A DNA stretch of 63,393 nucleotides, the filler included, from Reticulomyxa filosa (Eukaryota; Protista; Foraminifera), in assembly GCA_000512085.1 (NCBI GenBank). It is 19 parts of 19 records of this genome, joined end to end, with 100 filler letters (N's around TTAATTAATTAA, not from the genome) between each part and the next. Parts side by side here need not be neighbours in the genome. Positions count along the whole stretch, not along the records: positions 53,278 to 54,483 come from ASPP01018527.1; positions 54,584 to 57,266 come from ASPP01017842.1; positions 57,367 to 59,745 come from ASPP01034805.1; positions 59,846 to 62,017 come from ASPP01016808.1; positions 62,118 to 63,393 come from ASPP01023177.1; 14 more parts are not named here. The stretch is one strand, 5' to 3'. The translations under genes and the position numbers were made by a program. Shown in pieces: positions 53,856-63,393 of the stretch. Below the pieces are notes generated by a model. The model saw only the letters and a list, made by a program, of their open reading frames with translations. It did not search any database and was not told the origin of the DNA. How positions within the stretch are numbered: position 1 is the stretch's first letter; each line of letters starts with the position of its first letter.

Positions 53856-54301
53856 GCAATTTAGAAAGACAAGGTTCATGGATGACCCCAACGCTCTGGA
53901 ATGCAAACACATCCAGCGACAAATTAGACCTATCAAAAAAACAAGCAATAATGATATCAGACTTTGAATCATATCCAAATGAAATTGTTCAGTTTATTGA
54001 TAGTGGCGGGTACGTGATCGCACTGCAAGGTGAAGTATTTTTGGAGTCTTTACTATTTACTTCAGTATTGTGGCCGCAGACGGAATGTGTGAGTAAAATG
54101 AGCCACTTTCGGCCAAGGGATAAAGAGGACGCATGTGAACAACGTATTCACCTTCCGAAAGATTGGCATTCGTGTATCGAAATGGAAGATCTACAAAGAC
54201 AAGCGTCGTCTTTTTCCTCTCCATGTGTTGACACTTTTGAAATGCGAATTGGAAGAGGACAACTCTTAGTCCTCGCTTGGACTGGACAATCGCAATCCCA
54301 G
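53856..54301 (+). CDS. Exon of a hypothetical protein, possible GATase-like fold
   Basis: EIVQFIDSGGYVIAL and MRIGRGQLLVLAW resemble class I GATase-like domain motifs; weak. Confidence 0.3.
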
Positions 54302-54586
54302 TTTTGTCGTTGTTTTTTTTTTTTTTTTTTTTTTTGAGTCTCTTTCTCTCATTGATATGTGAATGTTTTTGCTATGTACCCTTTTCTCAATTGGCATGAA
54401 CTGGTTGTTTTTTTTTTTTTTAGTTTTGTTTTTTGGTATGCGTATAGAAAGGAAGAGAGAATGTGGTGGACGACGATTCGCGANNNNNNNNNNNNNNNNN
54501 NNNNNNNNNNNNNNNNNNNNNNNNNNNTTAATTAATTAANNNNNNNNNNNNNNNNNNNNNNNNNNNNNNNNNNNNNNNNNNNNAAC

Positions 54587-55520
54587 TTAACATTGCAAGT
54601 TGGACAATAATTTCAAAACAGTGGCGAAGTTGTGGGCAATATGCTTTGGACGAGTTGGGCTTTGCTCAAGTTTGTGCTTGAGACTTGCTTGAATCGTGCA
54701 GCGAGACTTTGGAGACATAAATTTGCAGCGGCTCCAGATAATGTTGGTAGTTGGATTCGTGTTTCTGACTGCGTTGTACCAGAAACAATTGACCACAGCC
54801 AACGTCCACAATCGATATTATCTCCTGGCAGTTGCAAGTTCTTTTCGACGACCAAGTGCTTATCACTACATCCACTTTGCGATTTGTCAATATGATGTTA
54901 TTTTTGTTTGTTTTTTTAAAAAATCATTTCTAAATAAAATACATAATCTACACAATCCATCATCCCCATTTACTATATCTTGATATACGTAAACATCACT
55001 CTTTTTTTTTTCATGACCATTTTTTTTTTCCATGTCGTCTTTCTATACATGTTATGTACCTGAATGTTGATTTGAATGTCAATTTGTAGGTCGTCAATAG
55101 CATACCCGAAGCTGTTGTGAATATACTCATTGTCAACGTTTTGGACTGCTTTGGATTGGGAATCAGAGTACTTTGGACAATACGTATAATTTTGATTGTT
55201 GATTGCATCAACTCATTGTTGGAAATTTGCAATGATGATGCACTTGCTATATTGTTGAATAATTGTAGACATTGCTCATATTTCCATATGTGGTTGATGG
55301 AGTAGTTGAGCAACGTATCATGTGATATTGCCAGTATGTTCATATTGCCACTAGATTGAAATGTTCTTGTACGTTTGTCCTGCTTGAACTGCCTGTACTC
55401 ATCTCATTTGCGTTTAACAACACAACGAGTGCCTTTAATACATGCAGCGCTACTAACACCAACAACGATTTCATTCTGCTGCTTAAATAACCAAAGCTTT
55501 TCGCTCAATCTTTTCTCCTC
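54587..55520 (-). pseudogene. Degenerate helical-repeat-like gene fragment
   Basis: Protein-like ORFs 55011-55343 and 54613-54855 with stops upstream and downstream in frame. Confidence 0.25.
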
Positions 55521-55839
55521 CGTTTGTCCCCCCTCCCTACACTTCTACTGGACACATTGAAACGGAAGGACATTCAATGAGCAATAAAGCAACTTTAAGA
55601 TAAAAATTAAAAAAATTTGTGGTAAATGATAGAAATGCCGAGTTGATTGGAAATGCGATTGTTGCATTTTGTTTTGTGTATGATCATAGTTCAATAAAGA
55701 AAAAAGTTGCTTTTTTTTTCTAATCTAGAAATTCTTTTCACTTAAAAAGGCTAAATATATATAGATCAAAAAGAAGCATTATTTCTAATTTTTTTAAAAA
55801 AAAGTTTAATGGAAAAAGTGGCTACAGCAAATGCTTCAA

Positions 55840-56420
55840 CAATTTCCAAAAAAGCACAAGAACAAAATATTCGGAGCCTCCATGCGTGCAAAAAAATACT
55901 CCGTTAATATTTCACCATCTTTCATATAATCAAGTTTATATCTGTGTATGTGTTTGTGTATTGTGTATATCGCAATCGCTTTACATTTTTTTTTTTTGAT
56001 TGAAAAAAATTGATTGATTGCATTTGAACTTGTAGACAAGTAAACAAGATGAGAAACCTGTACAACTCCAGTCTCTTGAAAATACACTCGTTATCTTACG
56101 TGTCCCAACTCCAATAGTGGTCATGACTTTTGATGAAGTAATGGCCTATGCATTTGGGAATTGAAACCCTATTTCATCGACCTTTTCGACAACACATTCC
56201 GAGTTGCGATCGGCCAGGTCAATGATCAATTCTCAGCCAAGTGAGTGAGTTCAAATGTACTTGAACTGGCCGTAGTCAACAGGCCAAAGACGTCTATCGG
56301 GTATGAGCATGATGTTGTCTAGATTAGTGTCTCCATTGAAATTCCCGTTTTTGAAGATTTGATACTTGTGCATCAAAAGCGTCTTCAGAAAAAGCATCAG
56401 ATTGGCACCAAGAGCATATC
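55840..56420 (-). pseudogene. ABC1/AarF (ADCK) atypical kinase pseudogene fragment
   Basis: YQIFKNGNFNGDTNLDNIMLIPDRRLWPVDYGQFKYI, a stop, then frameshifted LIIDLADRNSECVVEKVDEIGF. Matches the ABC1 pattern QIF..G.F.GDPH.GN....LLD(Y/F)G with a degenerate catalytic loop. Confidence 0.65.
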
Positions 56421-56811
56421 ACATGAGAGACAGAACACTGCCGCTAATAGGCTGTCAGGCCACATTAGCGGGATAAGCAGCAAGATAAGCATGCAATTGG
56501 GTAAAGCGTTGTACGTTTCTAAGCTCTTTAAGGTATAAGATAAAACAAAGATTATCATACAACAAACATGAAGGGGGGGAGAAAAAAGTTCGCCAAAGCA
56601 ACAAAAGTACGTGTGAAAACATAAATTGTAATTTGAAGTTAAACAGTTTTAAAGGAACAAAAATTGAAAAGTCATTTTTTTTTGGACTTGATAATGATGG
56701 TAAGTTAAACAAACACAGCGAAACAGGTCGTGAGAATAAAAAAGTTATTTTTTGATGTTGTAATCAATGATCTTTTAAAGTATAGACAGCTATTGAAGAA
56801 CCAACAAAAAA

Positions 56812-57228
56812 ATGATGAAAAAGAGTGTGTCATTGTGGTGGGCGTTATTGTGTATCACTTTGGGCGACATGAGCGCATGTCCTTCAGACAACCCTTGCAT
56901 TGAATGCAACCAAGCGGAAAACTGTTCAACAGAAGACTGGGTGTGCCAGCACACGACGAAAAGTTGTTAGTAGAGAATGAACTGAAAGAATTACGAACAA
57001 GGCCATACTCACATATTGCGTAATGTTCCACGGCAACACACTGACTTATCCTTGCGACATCAACACATTGTGCTCGAACACAACTAGGTTATTCCGATCA
57101 TGCACACATCACAAATTTTCAAATGGCATAAGTACTTTCCCGATTGGCAAGTATACAAGCACTACCCATGACCGGACCGTCTTTCTCTACTTTGGTGGTA
57201 CTGAGAGACTACATCACAACTGGCTAAC

Positions 57229-57230
<2 letters not shown>
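56812..57230 (+). CDS. Secreted Cys-rich protein, N-terminal part
   Basis: MMKKSVSLWWALLCITLG signal-peptide-like start, then CPSDNPCIECNQAENC; second exon ~57002-57230. Confidence 0.35.
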
Positions 57231-57264
<34 letters not shown>

Positions 57265-57366
57265 TTNNNNNNNNNNNNNNNNNNNNNNNNNNNNNNNNNN
57301 NNNNNNNNNNTTAATTAATTAANNNNNNNNNNNNNNNNNNNNNNNNNNNNNNNNNNNNNNNNNNNN

Positions 57367-58990
57367 AAACTATCAAATGTTGTTATTCAATATGATTCAG
57401 ACAAGGAAACAATCGCCGACCTGTGGCATAACGTAATGGTGAAGGAGGTGTTGAACAGCAGTTCGCAAAGCCAGCCTAATTTGGCCTATTTGCTCAAAGA
57501 AAGTTGGTGTGGAAAACCTCCATCGACGAATCATGCAGTACTTATTGGCCTCCACGTCGCATCTTACTCGGCTAAGGGCAGTCGCTTGTCACCGCTCAAG
57601 AGCTAAGTCGACTATCGAAATCAAAGCAGACGAGCAAATCGAAAACATCCACATTAAACAATGGTCGACCAACTTTGCCAAGAAATTTTATCCGAACAAT
57701 TCTGGCTCGGTCAACCAAATTGTTAATCTGATCTATCCTGTCGAGAATATCCATATACACGATCGACGGAGAAAAGAGAAAAATCAAAGTAGTGGAAGAG
57801 TCAATGACACTTACCATTACGCACATGGTCAAGAATGTGTTGAATCGTCGAACTTGGAAGGATTTATTGAAGTTTTGTTATAAAAAAAAAGTGTGAAAAG
57901 GGAATGTATGGGTTTTTATCACCTCACACAAATACACGAATTGAAAACAACACTTGTGACTGGCTCTTGTTCGCTTTATTTTGAGGAAGATGTTTTATTA
58001 TTGATCCGGTGCACAAACCCAACCTATTTTGGAACGTTTTGTGTATTGATAAGACGTGTAATCGATTGGAAAGCATTGTTTGAATGGCTGTTGATCGTCG
58101 TAGAGAAAAAACTTTGCCCGGGCGCAATGATCAGCTTTGGAACATCTTTGCTGAATAACTACGCACCCAATTATTTGCAAACGAAAGAGATACCATCGGA
58201 AGTATATGAATGGATAAATACACTTGTACAAGTGATCCAACACAGAGCTTCGCTTGCGCAAGTACGCGACTCAAGTGTTGAAAAAGTGTGTTGTCCATCA
58301 ACATTTCCATCATTGCATTTAGAGCTGCATGCATTTGGACACGGTCCATGCCTTGTTCTATCGCTACCATATTGGAATCCATGTCTCGTATCAAACTGTG
58401 CGACAAATTGGTAGTAGGATTCATTAGCGTCATTCGAGAGGCGGAAAAGTCGGCGTTGGAACAAGACAAGATGATGACTTGATGGGACAGCTCATGGAAC
58501 AAGTAGCTGCAGATAAGGATGCCAATAGTCAAGCCAGGAACCGAATATCTGGCAAAAAGGAAGCAAAAATTGACGAGGAATGCCGAAAATAGGAGACCAA
58601 AGGGGAGGAAGCACCATTGTCGTCGTTGATCCAAAAGATTACATTGTAAATCAAATTGGGATATCACCAAGACCTTTAAAAACTTGATGAATTTGGACGG
58701 ACTTGAAGCATCTGATGTGATCAATAAAAATTATCGAGGTGTCAATTTATTGAAAGATGTTTGGAAGTTTCATTTGCTCTCATTCAAAAATATATTGTGC
58801 TATTATCCTCCAAGGACATTCACACTTGCTTAAATACACGGACATTCATTGGAAGATTACATTTTGCTGGGAAATAAAAAGCGATTTGGAAAACACTACG
58901 CTCCTTAGCTTGGGCAAAAACGTGTCTGCAGATTGTGGTTGGCAATGGGACACTGGTTAGTCGATGTTATAAACAATAACTCGCCAATTC
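57367..58990 (+). pseudogene. Decayed large-protein gene fragment
   Basis: Overlapping protein-like ORFs (57509-57883, 57893-58414, 58288-58482) linked by frameshifts and followed by multiple in-frame stops. Confidence 0.4.
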
Positions 58991-60714
58991 GAAACTGCAA
59001 AGCACAGCGATTATTGCACTTAAATTAAAACGGCTGAAACATATCATAACCTTTTTGCACTCGAGTCATTGTAAATCGTGGTATTTTCACCGCACAAAAA
59101 CAACCACAGCCTCCAAAGCAATCCAATTCCAATGGCGTGCTCTTTTAAGTGTTTGATGATGAGTTCTCCTTTGATGTGGTGATTGTTAATTGCATTGACA
59201 AAAGTATAAAAAGAATAAAAAAAACAATTACTAAAGGATTGCTCTAAAGAAACAAATCAGCCAATCTTGTTCTAAACTAAAAATTTTTCACTACAAATAC
59301 TATTCTAAAAAAATTTTTCTCCAACATTAAAATAAATTTGTAGCTAACTTGAAATGAATTGACAATCGAAACAATTTTGAAATGAAAAATTTAAATCTCT
59401 TTGCAGTACTAAAAATTGTGAAATAAATTGTTAAACTAATAAAAATTAAAATTAACTTCAAAGTTATTAAAGCTTTGGTCATATTTGTCACATTGTGATG
59501 TCCACATCAATGCTTTCTTCATTTGACACAAGTCCTTACAATTGCAAAGAAAATAAATATCTATAAATTAAGCAAATAAAAACAACTTTTTGTAATTTGC
59601 ACATACATACAATTTTCAATTGTATGTAAATTGGTTTCTCAAGGAGTGTCGCTAATAGTGACAAATAAATCATTTCCTAGCATAGTCAAGTCAGATTAAA
59701 AGTTTAATCACTTTATTATTTTCTACAAAACAATTTAGTCACTGGNNNNNNNNNNNNNNNNNNNNNNNNNNNNNNNNNNNNNNNNNNNNTTAATTAATTA
59801 ANNNNNNNNNNNNNNNNNNNNNNNNNNNNNNNNNNNNNNNNNNNNTAACTTATCATGTGCAAATTTGGGGAGACATGTCTAAACTTTTTTGTGTTAATTC
59901 AATAACTTTAAAAAGACAGGAAGTTTCAAATGTAATAGCAATAACGAGGCTTTCCTGTGATTCTAAAAATTACTTAATATTTTGAGAACCCTTTAAATAT
60001 TGATAATTGATAAAAAAATAACCTTGCTTCTCCTCTATCAAGCAAAACAAGTTTAGAGAATGACTACTCCTCTTACTGAAGCACAGATATCAACACAATC
60101 ACCTCTGGTAAACTTCGTTTAATCCTTTAAAAACTCTACTCGCTTTTTGGCAATAATTGTAATTGAATCAGCTCGCCATGTAGATGGCATAATTTTTTTC
60201 AAAATAGTGCAGTTATCAAGTTGTTTTTAAGTCCTTAGTTTTTGGAGATACTCATATCAAAAAATTAACTGATAAAGCTGAAATATATTAATTGTGCAAT
60301 TATATTGATTGTGCAATTGTGCTCCAACAAAACTGACACAGTAGGTTTTTTTTCAAGGACTTCCTTTTTTTTTACGTGTTAATTTTGCCAAGAACCAACA
60401 AAAATGCACTTTGCACTCTTTCTGATCAAAAAAAAAATGAGAAAATTTAAAAGAAAAATATGATTTCTTGAAGTTTTTGACCATGCTTATTAGGTTTATC
60501 ACCTTGGATATATGTATTACAAAAAAAAGAGGCACTCTTTGAAGTAAATCGTTAATTACAATTATTTTGCTAATCAAGAATGCAAGGAATCATAAAAAAT
60601 ATGCAAGAAAAACGTGGAAAATTTTGAACTCTTCAAACAAGATTGTTTCAAAAAAATTGAGCTATTATTTAATTTTTTTGTGAAAGAATAGTTGCGTGAT
60701 GGGTGACTTATGAA

Positions 60715-61145
60715 GGAAAGTTAAATACAAGTACTTCATGCTTTCAGCAAAGAAGTAGGTGGGTAACATGTAAGAAAGTCATATACACCGGGTTTGATAT
60801 CGTACTGTTCCCACATTTTCCAATTGGCATTTTGATTTGCCTCGGCTAAATTCCATTTCCCCAGCCAAGGCTAACTCGGCTGTAAAATAAGCAGCATACA
60901 AGTCATAATCATATCTCTGAATAAATATATAAACCATCACAGACAGTCGTTGTCTGCAAACAACTTCCAGTATTTGAGTAACTATTCGTAGTAGCTATCG
61001 ATGCCGGCATCGATTTGCGTATCAGTTGCAAGCTACAAGTGCTGCCGACAAAGCCGATGCTGCTTTATGCGTTTTTCAGCAATTGCAAGTTCTTTTTGGC
61101 CGCGTTGTAGTACTTCATATCGCCCGTCAAATAGCTTTCTGTTTG
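60715..61145 (-). pseudogene. GH47 alpha-1,2-mannosidase pseudogene
   Basis: YLTGDMKYYNAAKK; QIDAGIDSYYE*LLKYWKLFADNDCL* (GH47 GxDSxYEYL motif with a TAG at 60982-60984); AAYFTAELALAG; WKMWEQYDIKPGVYDF; YFFAESMKYLYL (60722-60757). Confidence 0.8.
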
Positions 61146-62137
61146 TTTCATTTTTCAAACACCTTTGTTTTTTTTTGTTCACCTCCCCCTTTTTTTGTTT
61201 TTTTTTTAAAGAAATACCAAACCCAAGTCAATCGCTTGGTCTAATAAACACTTCTCCTGAAAATGATACAATGAACACTAGTGAGTAAAAATAATGTTTT
61301 AATAATTTTTTTTGTCTTTTTCAAAAAAAAATGATTTTTTGTCAAAAAAAAAACTACTAACAAGACGATAATATTATTTTGAGGTTACGATGTTTAATCT
61401 TTTGAAATAATGACTTCAAATTTTCGTTATTGCTATATTGCATCCAACTGTGTCATTTTTTTCAAATGATAAAAACACTATATGTGAAATTAATAAATAT
61501 AAAAATGAAAATTTTCAAATAGAACAATAATGCAGACCTTACGAAGATTAATATTGATTAAACTTTTTTTTTTTGTTGACAGTCGTTGTATTTATTTTTT
61601 TTAATATAGTAAGTAATTTGAAATTATACATATCGCTATTCTACATGTGGAATAATTTTTTTTAATATCTTCAAATTTAAGATAGTAATTTTAAAAGTTC
61701 TTCATCCATATATTCCAATCTGGCGCTTTTTTTTTGAAAATAGTTTTTGAGTTTGTTTTTTATTTTTATTTTGCATTGGACTCATTTGTTATCATTTCAA
61801 ATAAAACAAACTTTTTTTAAAAACTACAAGTTTTTTTTAAATAATAATAATAAAATTGAACTCAAAAGTAAGCAAACCGTTGTCGAACATCTCACAAAGC
61901 ATTGAGAAATACAATCGCAGTGCACGCAAAAACTGCTTTTGACCGACAATCTTCATACGACAAACCCCAAATGGTCGTGCAACGAAAAGAGTGAAGTGCC
62001 TCAGGCATTGTGTTTTTNNNNNNNNNNNNNNNNNNNNNNNNNNNNNNNNNNNNNNNNNNNNTTAATTAATTAANNNNNNNNNNNNNNNNNNNNNNNNNNN
62101 NNNNNNNNNNNNNNNNNATATGTATATTGTGATACAG

Positions 62138-62930
62138 GTTTGCAATCACACAAAAGTGTGCCTTGCAACCTTGGCGACGGAACGAGCTTACACAAGATAA
62201 ACGACAGCAGCAATAATCTTCTTTCAATTCCCAATTTTGATACAACCCCAATTGCGCTGAAGCACCCGCCCATGTTGGAGAAAAGTAACTCCACAGGAAC
62301 GTTTTTCAACGCGTCGTGTTTGCAGTCACCCTACGCAATGCCCAATCGAAACAACTCCAACACCGTCAACGCAGAAGACAATAACCTCAACAACAATCCA
62401 AATTCCAGTACAATCACTGGCCCTGGTCTGCCCAACTTATTTAAGACTGGAATTTTTGGTTGGTTTGTTTCTTGCTTTTTACTTTGTGTCTTTGTGTAAT
62501 TGCATATACATATGTATGTATATGTGGACATGTATATGTGTATATGTGTATATGTATATGTATAAATGTGTTTATTTGTGTATGTTTGATTTGAAAAGAC
62601 GTAGACGGCAGTTATGGATTGAGTGCAAAAGAACATTCAACCCAGTTTCATACAGTTTCACCATCACAAAAACTATCACCTGTGACCGACACAAGTGATT
62701 CGACTACGACCACACTCAATGGTGTTCCTAATCACAACGGCACTCCAAGTGTCTTTGAGCGCGGCACCTCGGTGCCTCAAGCTCAAACATTGCAACCCTC
62801 TTTTTCTTCCTTCACCAATCCAAATCTCAACGCATCGCAGACTAATTCATTTCAATCTTTACCAAACGATTTCCCCAACGAGTTGCCGTCTCTGCTATCG
62901 GAAGGCCAAAAGGTCAAACGCTCCAAATGA
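62138..62930 (+). CDS. Low-complexity S/N/P/T-rich C-terminal exons of an unknown gene
   Basis: ORFs 62140-62460 and ~62612-62930 separated by a (TATG)n intron. Confidence 0.45.
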
Positions 62931-63393
62931 AATGGAAGGAAGAAACGGAAAAAAGGACGTCAAAGAAGTTTGCTGTTGGAACTTGTTGTTGCTTTATCTT
63001 TTTTGTTTTGTTTTGTTTTGTTTTGTGTGTTTTTTTTTTTAATTTTTTTTTCTTGAAAAAATGTTGGAAATGCGTACAAATTTCTTTGCTTTTTAGCTTA
63101 AGATTTTTTGTTTTGTTTCTGTTTTGTTGTTATTCTGACCAAATTTTTTTCCCATTTTTTTTTGTATCAAAATATACCTCATCTCAATTTTAATTGGCTT
63201 GGCCCGTTTGGTTGTCAACGACAAGGTTATTTTGGTTGGTTGTCCAAGCTATTTTGGTGGATCGTTGCTTTGCGTTTTATCCTTTTATCAACAATTCTTT
63301 TTATGTGGGCTTGGTTTTGTTTTTTTTTTAATATCATCATTTTTTTTTTGGTCTTTCAATAAAACATTAAATAAAAGGAATAAAAAAAAAAAA

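Noticed and set aside
60997-61014. Perfect 18-bp palindrome ATCGATGCCGGCATCGAT
   Set aside because: Coincides with the codons for IDAGID in the GH47 motif; single occurrence, probably incidental.
7520-62117. Recurring TTAATTAATTAA motif as a biological repeat or CRISPR-like array
   Set aside because: Always centred in exactly 44+44 Ns and encodes stops in all six frames, so it is an artificial joining linker.

Overview
AT-rich, intron-rich eukaryotic (protist) DNA. This is not one locus: it is 19 contig fragments joined by 18 identical artificial 100-bp linkers (44 N + TTAATTAATTAA + 44 N), so adjacency across linkers carries no biological meaning. Homopolymer- and microsatellite-filled introns, many decayed genes and a characteristic WD40 family suggest a foraminiferan such as Reticulomyxa filosa (inference). 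Recognisable genes: SMC3 (5' part), a cN-II-family 5'-nucleotidase, a PRELI-like protein, a GH38 alpha-mannosidase, a C2H2 zinc-finger protein, ribonucleotide reductase large subunit, a vWA protein, an annexin, a large P-loop GTPase, NADP-isocitrate dehydrogenase, a FAR-17a/AIG1-like membrane protein, a WD40 protein and a PHD/CHD-like chromatin protein. There are also pseudogenes of an ABC1 kinase and a GH47 mannosidase. Most striking observations, found by splicing the genes by hand: (1) a circularly permuted vWA domain whose DxSxS MIDAS strand is at the extreme C-terminus, in a protein with an MGCC lipidation-type N-terminus; (2) a GH38 mannosidase with about 285 extra residues, three tandem H-type-lectin-like domains, inserted inside its C-terminal beta-supersandwich; (3) an annexin with a ~475-aa coiled-coil plus G/Q-repeat head; (4) a ~115-nt fold-back with a GC-rich core at a contig edge; (5) non-consensus splice signals (GTT donors, A-rich acceptors). 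All domain calls come from motif recognition by eye; no searches were run.
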